DNA of 37,282 nucleotides. Source: a virus. Shown here piece by piece: positions 8,277 to 17,976 of this stretch. The stretch's first letter is position 1. Each line of letters starts with the position of its first letter. Position numbers and translations under genes: made by a program. Location: the IMG/VR virus record IMGVR_UViG_3300045988_124612. One strand, written 5' to 3'. The notes under the pieces are model-generated. The model searched no databases, was not told the origin of the DNA, and was given only the letters and a program-made list of their open reading frames with translations.

Positions 8277-9120
8277 ATTCTATACTATAAGACACTTTTG
8301 TTTCTAGGCTTTCTTCCCCATCTTCTGCACCTGCTCTTAGAGTATTATCGCCTGAGTGCATTTGCAAAAATTTGCTTCCATATTTCATTTTATAGTTAAC
8401 ATTTTCAGCCTCATTTGTAGATGTAGGAATATAAATTACATTCTTATTACCTCTATGTGTTGTAATTATAATCTGGTCGCCTGCTTCCATTTCAATATTT
8501 ACTGCTATTTTTTCTTGCGTATTTACATTTATCAAATATGGATTTAAAACTTTACCATTTGCAATAAATCTTATTGTAACACCAAATTCTATATTTGTAT
8601 CATTTGTTATTGTTCCCATAGTTGTTACATTTTTTGTTGCAAATTCTATTCCTTTATTTTGCTCAGAAATCATAGGAAAACAGAATTGAGGCGTCCACGT
8701 AGACATGGACGCTTCTGATTCTTCTATATCTTTAAAATATGGATAAGGACATATAAGAGAAATTGTAAATGTTCTAGGTACTCCTTTTTCTGATACATCT
8801 ACATCTTCTACTATATATTCAATTTTTCTTTCTATATCATCTTCATAATAATATAACGTACCTATTGTATCTAATGGAAATATATTACGTAATGTTTCTC
8901 TTCTTTTTGCGAAATTATCTACAATTATACCATTTATTACTATATTTCTTTTCTTTACGCTCGTTCCTGCGTAGCTTTCTCCTATTCCATAAGCACTTGA
9001 CACAGTAGCTACACTTCCTTTTACATCATATAGTCCTTCAGTAGAAGTAATAAAAAAAGGGAAATCATAAGTAAAAGTTATTTTCTTATTTTTGTTATTT
9101 TCACAAATAATTTTTTTCAT
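8263..9120 (-). CDS. Distal tail protein
   Basis: Position between tape measure and Gp37-like protein; length and sequence style of Dit proteins. Confidence 0.7.
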   Translation of the reverse strand: MKKIICENNKNKKITFTYDFPFFITSTEGLYDVKGSVATVSSAYGIGESYAGTSVKKRNIVINGIIVDNFAKRRETLRNIFPLDTIGTLYYYEDDIERKIEYIVEDVDVSEKGVPRTFTISLICPYPYFKDIEESEASMSTWTPQFCFPMISEQNKGIEFATKNVTTMGTITNDTNIEFGVTIRFIANGKVLNPYLINVNTQEKIAVNIEMEAGDQIIITTHRGNKNVIYIPTSTNEAENVNYKMKYGSKFLQMHSGDNTLRAGAEDGEESLETKVSYSIEYGAV

Positions 9121-9151
9121 ATTAAATCATTTCTCCTTTTTCTATAATATT

Positions 9152-12034
9152 TTACGTATGCAAAAGTTTATATCTTTGTATTTCTCTTCTTAGTAATCTA
9201 GCATTTTCTGCTGGAGATGTTTCTGTTGGACTATTTATTGTTAAATTAAAGCTATTATCAATATTATTATTACTTGGTGTTTCTTCCATTCCGTTAGTAT
9301 ATTCTTGATTTTCTTTTGCAGTTAATACTCTTTCGCCTTTATGTAATAAAGCTAAATAATCATCATAAGGTACGTTTGCCATACCAACTTTTAATCTTGG
9401 TATATTTAATTCATTTAATCTACTAATATTTACACCCGGTATATTATTAATAACATCAATAGCCCAGTTAATAGATCTTATAAATCCATTTATAGTATTT
9501 TGTGCAAATGAAATTATTGAATTAACAACATTTTTAAATGCTCCGCCTATTGCGTCGCCTATTGTAGTACCTATATTGGTAAACATATTTTTAATTGTAT
9601 TCCAAATTCCTTGAAAGAAACTGCCAACATTACTAAATATACTTTTAATTCCATTCCATGCAGCTTGAAAACTATTTTTAAAGAAATTACCAACGCTAGC
9701 AAATATATTTTTAATTCCATTCCAAATATTTTGAAAATATTGTTGCCATGTTCCAACAATTCCTTTTATTGCGTCCCATGCTCCTTGGAAATCTCCTCGA
9801 AATACCGCTGTTACTGCACTAAATATACCTTTTATTGTATCAAAAATTGCTTTAAAGTAACCTGTTACTGCGTCCCATATAGTTTTAACTACAGTCCACG
9901 CAGTTTGAAAGAAACCACCTATTACAGTACCTACAACGCTAAATATAATTTTTATATTTTCCCAAATGGTACTAAAGTATTGTACTACTATATCCCATAC
10001 AGATTTTATTACTTCCCATGCCACACTAAAATATGTTCCTAATACTTGAGAAACAACAGAAAATATAGTTTTTATATTTTCCCATATAGCTGCAAAATAA
10101 GGTTGCACAAAATCCCATATTGTTTTTATAAATTCCCATGCAGCTTGAAATGCACCTATTACAGATTCTATTACAGGTTGTAAACTTGCTTTTATTCCTT
10201 CCCATAAAGCTACAAAATATGGTTGTACAATGTCCCATACTGCCTTTATATTATTCCATACTGTAATTACAGCATTTTTTATTCCTTCAAACATTCCTAT
10301 TACTAAGTTTCTAAACCACTCGCATTTATTCCATAATAATATAATAGCTGCTATTATAGCTGTAATTACTAAAATAATTGGGTTTGCTGCTATAAAGCTA
10401 AACAAACCACTTGCAGCAGTTTTTATTGTTCCAAACATTGATACAATTTTGGGTCCATACGTTAATATAGATCCTATCGAAGAAATAATTTTACCAACAA
10501 AAATTAATAATGGTCCGAGTGCTGCTACTAATGCTACAACTACTAGCATAACTTTTTGTGCTGCTGGGCTTAGACTTGTTAACCAGCTAACAAAACTAGA
10601 TAAACCATCACATATTTTTTGTATAATAGGTAATAATATTTCTCCTAATTTACTACATAATTCACTTACAGTATTTTTTACTTGTTGTAGTTTAGCTGCT
10701 GTAGTTTCATATCTTTTAGAAGATTCTGTTGTTAGTGCTGTATTTTCAGCCCATGACTGATTACTTATATCTACCATATCTGACATAAGTTCAGATGCAC
10801 TAGATAACCTTTTCATAGTATCTGTTTGTCTAAGTGAAGTAACACCTAACTTATCTAAAATAACATTTAGATTTTCTCCACCTGCACTAGCATCTCCCAT
10901 TCCAGCAACAATTTTTTGAATTGCGGACATAGCATCATTTTCCCACAATTTTTTAAAATCTTTTACAGACATTCCTGCTACATTAGCCCATGTTTTTAAT
11001 GTTCCAGAATTTAAGGCAACATCTTTATCAATTTGAGTAATTACAGCAGAAATTGCAGAACCTCCTCCTTCTGCTTCTAGTCCAACACTTGCAAGAGTTG
11101 TTGCTAACGCTAATACTTCTTGCTCTGTTAATCCTACTTGCTTACCAGATGAGCCTATTCTACTAGACATATTTAAAATATCAGCTTCTGTTGTTGCTGC
11201 GTTATTACCTAGAGCAACTAAGGCAGCACCAAATTGATCTACTGTATTAATATCAGAGCCCATAACATTATATAATTGTGCAATGGCTGTTGCTGCTTCA
11301 TCTGCGGAAAGGTTTGTAGAATCGCCTAACCTTACCATTGTTTCAGTAAATCCTAAAATATTTTCAGTTTTTACTCCTAATTGTCCAGCAGCTTCTGCAA
11401 CAGACGCAATATCTGTTGCACTACTTGCAGTAGCCTCTGATAAATCAAATAAACCTTCTTTTATATTTTCTAATTCTTCATCAGTTCCATCTACAGTTTT
11501 AGTTACTCCTGTAAATGCTGTTTCAAAATCTATTGCACTTTTAGCAACACCTACTAACGCTGCACTTGCAGCAGCACTAACAATAGTTAGTTTCTTACCT
11601 ACATTAGTTATAGAATCTCCCAAAGTTTGCATTTTTGTTCCTACTGCTGCAACTTGCTGTGCTCCAACAGAGCCAAACGACTTAGCTTCTTTTTCTAAAT
11701 TCTTTAGTTTTTGTTCTGTTGCTACAATTTCTCTTTGAAAATCTCTATACTGTTGTTCTGTTATTTCTCCTTTATTAAATTGTTCTTGTACCTGTGCTTG
11801 TGTAGACTTTAATATATTTAATTTTTCTCTACATTCTGCAATACTTTTATTTAATAAATCTTGTTTTTGCTTTAAAAGTGTAACATTAGTAGGATCCATT
11901 TTTAATAGCGTATTTACACCTTTTAGTTCATTTTGTAGACTTTTAGTTTTATCATTGACACTTTTTAAGGCGTTACCTAATTTAGTGGTATCGCCTCCAA
12001 TTTCTACAGTTATACCTTGTATTCTACTCGCCAT
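9152..12034 (-). CDS. Phage tail tape measure protein
   Basis: 960 aa; N-terminal ..IGGDTTKLGNALKSVNDKTKSLQ.ELKGVNTLLKMDP; transmembrane segments; repeated W..IK..W..V..YF motifs in the C-terminal half. Confidence 0.95.
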   Translation of the reverse strand: MASRIQGITVEIGGDTTKLGNALKSVNDKTKSLQNELKGVNTLLKMDPTNVTLLKQKQDLLNKSIAECREKLNILKSTQAQVQEQFNKGEITEQQYRDFQREIVATEQKLKNLEKEAKSFGSVGAQQVAAVGTKMQTLGDSITNVGKKLTIVSAAASAALVGVAKSAIDFETAFTGVTKTVDGTDEELENIKEGLFDLSEATASSATDIASVAEAAGQLGVKTENILGFTETMVRLGDSTNLSADEAATAIAQLYNVMGSDINTVDQFGAALVALGNNAATTEADILNMSSRIGSSGKQVGLTEQEVLALATTLASVGLEAEGGGSAISAVITQIDKDVALNSGTLKTWANVAGMSVKDFKKLWENDAMSAIQKIVAGMGDASAGGENLNVILDKLGVTSLRQTDTMKRLSSASELMSDMVDISNQSWAENTALTTESSKRYETTAAKLQQVKNTVSELCSKLGEILLPIIQKICDGLSSFVSWLTSLSPAAQKVMLVVVALVAALGPLLIFVGKIISSIGSILTYGPKIVSMFGTIKTAASGLFSFIAANPIILVITAIIAAIILLWNKCEWFRNLVIGMFEGIKNAVITVWNNIKAVWDIVQPYFVALWEGIKASLQPVIESVIGAFQAAWEFIKTIWDFVQPYFAAIWENIKTIFSVVSQVLGTYFSVAWEVIKSVWDIVVQYFSTIWENIKIIFSVVGTVIGGFFQTAWTVVKTIWDAVTGYFKAIFDTIKGIFSAVTAVFRGDFQGAWDAIKGIVGTWQQYFQNIWNGIKNIFASVGNFFKNSFQAAWNGIKSIFSNVGSFFQGIWNTIKNMFTNIGTTIGDAIGGAFKNVVNSIISFAQNTINGFIRSINWAIDVINNIPGVNISRLNELNIPRLKVGMANVPYDDYLALLHKGERVLTAKENQEYTNGMEETPSNNNIDNSFNLTINSPTETSPAENARLLRREIQRYKLLHT

Positions 12035-12068
12035 CTATACCACCTACTAAAATAAAAGAAACAAGCTA

Positions 12069-12314
12069 TTAATTTGCTCGTTTCTTCAATTTTTCTCTCA
12101 ATTTAATTCTATCTGGAGTAGTTTCTTCTAATCTTTTAGCATTTCTTAAATATTCTCTACCTTCGTCAGTTTGCGAACAATTATATATAAATGCTTCTCT
12201 AAGAAAAAATAAATATTTTACAAAATCTAATTCTTCTACTTCTAGCATTGATATTCTTAAATATTCTGCAACTCTTTTTTCCCCTATACTTTCTACAATA
12301 TAACCTGTGTCCAT
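12069..12314 (-). CDS. Tail assembly chaperone, second ORF (expressed by -1 frameshift)
   Basis: Frame stays open back to slippery site A AAA AAC at 12350-12356. Confidence 0.8.
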   Translation of the reverse strand: MDTGYIVESIGEKRVAEYLRISMLEVEELDFVKYLFFLREAFIYNCSQTDEGREYLRNAKRLEETTPDRIKLREKLKKRAN

Positions 12315-12346
12315 ATTATCGTCATTGTCTGGATAATATGGACATT

Positions 12347-12664
12347 TTAGTTTTTTGAATTTTGTATGCTATTAACCCATTCAAAATAATTATTTAATAG
12401 ATCCACTATTTCGTCTATGTCGTAATTATCTTCTACTTGTTCAGTAGAAATTTTAAAGTTTTGTCTATTTTTGCTTAAAGCTAAAGATACAGCTTCTGTA
12501 AGGTTGCTTATGTCTTTTTCTCCTAACTCTTCTGTATTTTTTACCTCGCTTAAAGCAGCTATTTTCTTTAAAACTTTTAATTTTGGTGGCTCTATATTCA
12601 ATATTTTGCCATTTTTTAGTTTTATATCAAAATACCTTGTTTTTAATTTTGTCATATCATACAT
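12347..12664 (-). CDS. Tail assembly chaperone, first ORF
   Basis: Position between major tail protein and tape measure; ends ...IQNSKN* over the slippery heptamer. Confidence 0.8.
   Translation of the reverse strand: MYDMTKLKTRYFDIKLKNGKILNIEPPKLKVLKKIAALSEVKNTEELGEKDISNLTEAVSLALSKNRQNFKISTEQVEDNYDIDEIVDLLNNYFEWVNSIQNSKN
12350..12356 (-). promoter_or_regulatory. Programmed -1 ribosomal frameshift slippery heptamer A AAA AAC
   Basis: Zero frame TCA AAA AAC TAA; -1 frame continues AAA CTA AAA TGT CCA TAT TAT CCA GAC AAT GAC GAT AAT ATG GAC into ORF 12069-12314. Confidence 0.85.
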
Positions 12665-12731
12665 AATAATATTCCTCCCTTTACTTTTAAAGAGGGATGG
12701 CTGTTTATTTTATACCATCCCTCTATTTTTT

Positions 12732-13337
12732 TTAGGCTGTTTGCTCTATTTCTTCTTGTAATAAAATTAATGTTCCTTCATCATCTGATGGTGCTGCTTC
12801 AAATTCCGCATCAATAACAGTTTCTTTATCCTTAGCAAATGCTAATGTAAAGCCTGCTGTATTTTTACCAACTACAGTAACACGTACATCTCCATCAACA
12901 GGATCTTTATGTACGAAATGTATAATGTAGCTTTTATTGTCGTTATTATCAATACCACCAATTTTTACAGTTCTTATACCTTTTTCGGTATCTTCTGTAA
13001 CTCTACCAGTAGCTACTAATTTCTTTAATGTTTCTCCGTTCCATGTCATAATACCAGATTTTAATTTTGCTTCTTCCTTAGTGATTATAGTTTTTTTAGC
13101 TTTTCCTAAATCATCTTCTGCTGTATAATATTCTGGTTTGTACTCTAATTCAGCACCACCTTGTATATATCCTGCTAAATTAGTATCTTTTTCAATTTCT
13201 GTATTTTCTGGAATACTTCCAGAAAACTCTGTAATATATAAATTTCCACTACCTAAAGTAATAGTTTGTTTAGTTCTTTTACCCATAATTAATTTCCTTC
13301 CTTTCTTATTTTTTCTAAAATTGGATCTAATACCCAA
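12732..13337 (-). CDS. Major tail protein
   Basis: MGKRTKQTITLGSGNLYITEFSG...KKTIITKEEAKLKSGIMTWNGETL; position before tail chaperones. Confidence 0.8.
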   Translation of the reverse strand: MGIRSNFRKNKKGRKLIMGKRTKQTITLGSGNLYITEFSGSIPENTEIEKDTNLAGYIQGGAELEYKPEYYTAEDDLGKAKKTIITKEEAKLKSGIMTWNGETLKKLVATGRVTEDTEKGIRTVKIGGIDNNDNKSYIIHFVHKDPVDGDVRVTVVGKNTAGFTLAFAKDKETVIDAEFEAAPSDDEGTLILLQEEIEQTA

Positions 13338-13630
13338 AATGTGCCATACATACCCTCAGAATCAAGCCATTCTGTTTGTGAATTATAGGTATAATAGTCT
13401 TTTTTTAATAATTCATTTACTTTTTGTATTTCTTTTAAATCACTATCATTATTTGTTTCGCTGTATCTTTCAATAGTAATATTGTTTTCAACTATATTAT
13501 TAAGAAGATCAGCACCTCTAACTATTTTTCTATTTACATATAAGAAATAAGGCAATGCTGGAGGTTTTAAATATCTTAATTCTTTAATTTTAAATCCTGT
13601 TCCTTCTTTAAACCAATTTTCAATGTTCAT
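13289..13630 (-). CDS. Putative tail terminator/completion protein
   Basis: Position and size only. Confidence 0.5.
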   Translation of the reverse strand: MNIENWFKEGTGFKIKELRYLKPPALPYFLYVNRKIVRGADLLNNIVENNITIERYSETNNDSDLKEIQKVNELLKKDYYTYNSQTEWLDSEGMYGTFWVLDPILEKIRKEGN

Positions 13631-14015
13631 TTGCTACTATCTCCTTTACACCACTTACAAATTTTTTCTCCGCTTCTATAACATTTTCACTTAAATATGG
13701 ATTTCCTTGTACTCTGCCACCATTTCGTTTAGCATGACCATTTGCAAGTAAATGTGTTAATCTATATTCTGGATCCTTAACATACCATGTATATATAGCA
13801 CTTGTAGATGTTTCTCGAGTTTTCTTATAACTAATATGTCTTTTATATTCCCCAGTTTTTACTGGCGAATCCCTTTTAGTATTTTTAGTCAACTCTACAG
13901 CAGTATCTTTTGCCAAAGTTTTTACTTTTTCTGTAACGTTACCAGCATACTGGTTAAGTATTTCTTGCATTTTAGGGGATAATTGAGTAATAGTTATATT
14001 ATTATTTATTCCCAT
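13620..14015 (-). CDS. HK97 gp10-like head-tail joining protein
   Basis: LAKDTAVELTKNTKRDSPVKTGEYKRHISYKKT...WYVKDPEYRLTHLLANGHAKRNGGRVQGNPYL pattern. Confidence 0.85.
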   Translation of the reverse strand: MGINNNITITQLSPKMQEILNQYAGNVTEKVKTLAKDTAVELTKNTKRDSPVKTGEYKRHISYKKTRETSTSAIYTWYVKDPEYRLTHLLANGHAKRNGGRVQGNPYLSENVIEAEKKFVSGVKEIVANEH

Positions 14016-14025
14016 AGTTGCCTCC

Positions 14026-14334
14026 TTAAATTGTTACGCATTCTGCAACAAAAGTTAGTTTTAAACGTTTTTCCTGCTTATCATCTACATTTTTTATATC
14101 AAAATTTTTATTTTTATATAAAATTCTGTATTGAGATGTATTAAAAATAATATCTTCTAATTTGCTTATATACATAACTTTAAAATTATAAGTATTTTGT
14201 GTTATATTAGTTCTGGCGTTAAAGTATTCGTTGCCACTTGATTTATTAACTTCTGCATAACAAGAGTAATAATCTTCCCATTTTTCGATGTCTGCATTTA
14301 ATTTTTGAATTTTAATTAGTTTGTTCATCGCCAT
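14026..14334 (-). CDS. Head-tail adaptor / head closure protein
   Basis: Position and YILYKNKNFDIKNVDD-like pattern. Confidence 0.65.
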   Translation of the reverse strand: MAMNKLIKIQKLNADIEKWEDYYSCYAEVNKSSGNEYFNARTNITQNTYNFKVMYISKLEDIIFNTSQYRILYKNKNFDIKNVDDKQEKRLKLTFVAECVTI

Positions 14335-14656
14335 TTTTTCTCATCTCCATTTTTAGTTGCCATTCTAAGTCATTTAAAATTTTTCTAGTTGTATTTGAAA
14401 TATTTTTTGAATCTAAATCTCTATAATCGTATAAATCAGAAATAACTAAAAGGGCTATTTGTTTAGCCCTTTCGTCTTCTATTGGGTAGTTTTTGCCTAT
14501 GGCACCTTGTAAATACAAGTTTGAAAAATTAATAAGTCTTATAATATTTCTTTTTACTACTTTGTCCTCTTCGACTTCTTCCACTAAAAAGCCTTTATAA
14601 TCGCATACTTCTTCTATGCTTACTGGTACATAAGTAACTTCTTCTTTTTCAGCCAT
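14312..14656 (-). CDS. Head-tail connector protein (gp6-like)
   Basis: LLVISDLYDYRD...ISNTTRKILNDLEWQLKMEM pattern; position. Confidence 0.75.
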   Translation of the reverse strand: MAEKEEVTYVPVSIEEVCDYKGFLVEEVEEDKVVKRNIIRLINFSNLYLQGAIGKNYPIEDERAKQIALLVISDLYDYRDLDSKNISNTTRKILNDLEWQLKMEMRKNGDEQTN

Positions 14657-14674
14657 AAGCTAGTCCTCCTTTAT

Positions 14675-15832
14675 TTATGCTTGCTCTTCTACAAGAATAT
14701 AAGCATTTACAAATGCTTTTTCATCTCTTACTTTTACATCTTCTCTTTCAATACCTCTAAATATTGTGCAGTCGTCTTCAAAAGCGTTTATTTCATCTTC
14801 GCCACTTCCTACAACAGCTGTATTAGAAGTCATAATGTTTACTTTCTTTCTATCAAATAATACAATTCCTTCTTTGAAATCTCCAATTAAGAATGGTACT
14901 TTTGATTCTGTTGTTGCCATATCATCGTTAGGTATTACTTTTATAGGAACAACAGTTGCACCAGCTCTTAATTGCATATTTGCACTATTGGTTGGATCTG
15001 GATTTAATAAAGGTCTTCCGTTTTTATCTTCTAATTGGTCTAAATAATCTAAACCATCATCATTTGTAACAACAACAGAAGTTGGTTTAAATGCTTGTCC
15101 TAGTTCTTTATTTAATACAGACTTAATACCTTTTATTCCTGCATCTATAGCTTTAGCTTCTTTTGTTTTTATTGCTGCTAAAATTAAGTTGTTTCTTGTT
15201 ACTCTTGATTCATCAGCTAACCATGCTAATACTGTATTTACTAAATTTTCGTCAGAATCTTCTAACAATTCATTTGTAATTGGTAAATATCCTGCGTATT
15301 TATCAATAGCATATTTTATTCTTGAAAATGCTGGACCTTCAGTAGCAGAAATTGCAGATTTTTCTCCAACCTTTGTAAATCCTTTCTTTTGTTTTCTTGT
15401 TTTATATGTTCTTTCTCCAGACATTGTAGAAACGCTTTCAACTGTTACTAAGTCTTCTAAAGAGAATTTACTTTCTCTTAATTCTTGAATTTTTGTTACT
15501 ATATCAGCTGGTACTGTATAGCCTCCTTCTGTTCCTGTTCCTTCATTTAAAGTCTTTGCAACTCTTCTTATAGCGTCTGCTACTTCTTTGATTACATTTT
15601 TTTCTTGTTTATTTGCTTTTTCTTCTGCTACTTCTTCGTCTGTTGGTGTATTATCTTCTTTTTCTGCCGCATACATTCTTGCCTCTAAATCATATTCTTT
15701 TTGTAGTTCGTCAGCTTCGTCCATTAAAGCTGCTGCTTTCTCTAAGTCTTTGTTTTCCCCATCCATAAAATCTCTAGCCATCATTCTTTTTTGTGCAATT
15801 TTATTTAATAATTCTCTCATTTTTTTATTCAT
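14675..15832 (-). CDS. HK97-fold major capsid protein
   Basis: N-terminal coiled-coil (delta-like) region, then GTGTEGGYTVPADIVTKIQELRE...SLEDLVTVESV...VPFLIGDFKEGIVLFDRK. Confidence 0.93.
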   Translation of the reverse strand: MNKKMRELLNKIAQKRMMARDFMDGENKDLEKAAALMDEADELQKEYDLEARMYAAEKEDNTPTDEEVAEEKANKQEKNVIKEVADAIRRVAKTLNEGTGTEGGYTVPADIVTKIQELRESKFSLEDLVTVESVSTMSGERTYKTRKQKKGFTKVGEKSAISATEGPAFSRIKYAIDKYAGYLPITNELLEDSDENLVNTVLAWLADESRVTRNNLILAAIKTKEAKAIDAGIKGIKSVLNKELGQAFKPTSVVVTNDDGLDYLDQLEDKNGRPLLNPDPTNSANMQLRAGATVVPIKVIPNDDMATTESKVPFLIGDFKEGIVLFDRKKVNIMTSNTAVVGSGEDEINAFEDDCTIFRGIEREDVKVRDEKAFVNAYILVEEQA

Positions 15833-15834
15833 TT

Positions 15835-16701
15835 TTAATTACCTTCCTTTTCTTTTTGATTTTGTGAAAAAATAAAAGAGTCTAGTATTTTCATTCTTAA
15901 ATCTAGCTCTTTTTCTAATTCCATATTTTCTTTTTTAACAGTTTTATCTGTTTCATTTTCAGCAGTATTGTTCTCTGCTTCATTTTCTATTATATCAGTT
16001 TCTTCTGATTCTTCCTTTACTTTTTCTTCTTGATAGTTTTTTGTTGTTCCAGCTCTAGGTTGTGCTGGTACTGCAACGAATGAAAGCTCGTACGCTTCCT
16101 TTGCACCATCCAGAGTAAAATAACAAATTTTCTTTCCTGCTGCTGTATCATACTCACGTCCCCACATGTGCGGACAATATGTTTTAGTATTGTCTGTACC
16201 ACATATAGAACAATAAGCATGTTTTGGTTTACAACCAGTAGAAACTTCTTTTTTTATTCCCGCTTTTATTTCTTGAATTAAATCAGCATTGCTATTTGTT
16301 TTAACCATATAACATTTTGCAATTAATTGTGTATATATCTCTCCAGCACCTGTAAATTTGCTTGTGTCTTCTTGTACTAATTCTGTATCATAAATTCTAG
16401 CAATTTGATTATCTGCTGTTCTTCTATGATCTTTTATCATAGTTTTACCAACATATAATCTTTTTAAATCTTTTAGTGCATTTAAATTAAATGGCTCGTA
16501 ATTTCTATCGTCTAATTCATTGTCGCCCATAATAACTTTAAATGTAAATACTTCTTCTGCACTTAGAGGACTTAAAGTTAATTTATTAATTTTCTTTAAA
16601 TCTTCTTCTGTAACTTCTTGACTTTCTACATTAGCAGATTTACAAACTAAGCCTTTGATAAGGTTTTCTCCAATGCCTCTTTTATTGTTTTCTGGATCCA
16701 T
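15835..16701 (-). CDS. Prohead protease
   Basis: Position between portal and capsid; LKRLYVGKTMIKDHRRTADNQIARIYDTEL and LDGAKEAYELSFVAVPAQPRAG. Confidence 0.75.
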   Translation of the reverse strand: MDPENNKRGIGENLIKGLVCKSANVESQEVTEEDLKKINKLTLSPLSAEEVFTFKVIMGDNELDDRNYEPFNLNALKDLKRLYVGKTMIKDHRRTADNQIARIYDTELVQEDTSKFTGAGEIYTQLIAKCYMVKTNSNADLIQEIKAGIKKEVSTGCKPKHAYCSICGTDNTKTYCPHMWGREYDTAAGKKICYFTLDGAKEAYELSFVAVPAQPRAGTTKNYQEEKVKEESEETDIIENEAENNTAENETDKTVKKENMELEKELDLRMKILDSFIFSQNQKEKEGN

Positions 16702-17972
16702 TTGTATAATTTACCCTCCTCTCCTTCAAAATTTTGTATATACTGAGCACCTGTATATTCTACAGGAATGCTAGCACCATTTCCAAGAAGCCTATCGCCT
16801 CCTTCTTTTGCTTCCAAATCAAGGAAAGCTCTCGCTTCGTTCGGTGTATATATAAAGTTTGATACACCTTTACTTAGTGTTTCAACCTGTGTTTTTTGGT
16901 CTGCTCTAAGTATTACAGCTACGTTAAATTTAAAATGGTAGCCTTCTGTTTCTTCTTCGTCATCTAGTAGTTTATAGCTTATTTCTTCTTCATATTGCTT
17001 TATAATATATAACATTGTATCTATGTAAAAACTTAATTGTTGTGCTTCTGCACTTGAATAACTTGACTTTTCATAATCTCCAATTTGATATGGTTTTATT
17101 CCAAAAGCACTAGCGATTTGCAATGCAGAATATTTTTTTACATCTATAAATTGGTTATCAGCAAGTTTTATATTAAGTGGTGTTAAAGTAGCACCTAGAG
17201 GAATAGGAATTATATTTTTTATTTGTTCATCGCTGTATTTTCCTGTAGCAAATTTTTCAATTCCTTTTGCAAATTCTTTTGCACTTTCATCATTTAAAGA
17301 AGATGTGTACTGTACGACTGCTTTTGCTGTAAAACCATTTTCGTACATTTGATTCACTAACTCTTGTGCCTTGTTATTTCCTATAATTGTACTTCTTAAT
17401 TTATCCCTAACTGACATTCCAGTTATTCCATCAAAAGAGCTTGATGTTTTAAAGTGTAATATTTCTTCTGATCCAAATCTATATGTTCCCGCCGAGCATG
17501 TATAAATATAATAAATATCTGGTATATCACTTAATTTTTTAGCGTCATCATACCAAATTTCTACATCTGACGATGGTAATATCCATAAACTTGTTTTTAC
17601 GTCATTACCCTTTTTCTTAGTATCTATCAAAACATAAGCATTCCCGTAATGGTTTCTATTGTATTCAACAGTAGACCAAAACGTAGTTGCTGTCATATAT
17701 TTATTAGGTCTTTCGTTTAAAACTCTATATAATGGATGATTCCTACATACTGTTACCCCGTTATTTTCATTATGTTTTAATAATTTTAGCGGTAATTTTC
17801 CTAAAGTTTCACTTAATACTTTTAAACAAGCAAAATATGTTGCTTCTGACAATTCGCTTTTATCAGTATCTTGTAAACCTAAGAAATTTACTAATGCTGC
17901 CAACTGGTCATTTTTAGTATTATTTGAAGTTAAAGCCTTAAAAGATTTTTTAACTTTATCTATAATTTTCAT
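16647..17972 (-). CDS. Phage portal protein (HK97 family)
   Basis: ATYFACLKVLSETLGKLPLKLLKH...HPLYRVLNERPNKYMTATTFWSTVEYNRNHYGNAYVLI. Confidence 0.93.
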   Translation of the reverse strand: MKIIDKVKKSFKALTSNNTKNDQLAALVNFLGLQDTDKSELSEATYFACLKVLSETLGKLPLKLLKHNENNGVTVCRNHPLYRVLNERPNKYMTATTFWSTVEYNRNHYGNAYVLIDTKKKGNDVKTSLWILPSSDVEIWYDDAKKLSDIPDIYYIYTCSAGTYRFGSEEILHFKTSSSFDGITGMSVRDKLRSTIIGNNKAQELVNQMYENGFTAKAVVQYTSSLNDESAKEFAKGIEKFATGKYSDEQIKNIIPIPLGATLTPLNIKLADNQFIDVKKYSALQIASAFGIKPYQIGDYEKSSYSSAEAQQLSFYIDTMLYIIKQYEEEISYKLLDDEEETEGYHFKFNVAVILRADQKTQVETLSKGVSNFIYTPNEARAFLDLEAKEGGDRLLGNGASIPVEYTGAQYIQNFEGEEGKLYKWIQKTIKEALEKTLSKA

Positions 17973-17976
17973 TTAC

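Noticed and set aside
9500-10300. Repeated segments within the tape measure gene
   Set aside because: Ordinary tape-measure protein repeats (W..IK..W..), not a regulatory or CRISPR-like array.
9571-11738. Long plus-strand ORFs opposite the tape measure gene, and other antisense ORFs (e.g. 6469-7143, 14766-15588, 20446-20920)
   Set aside because: Antisense shadows of well-supported minus-strand genes; low-complexity translations without recognisable domains or RBS.
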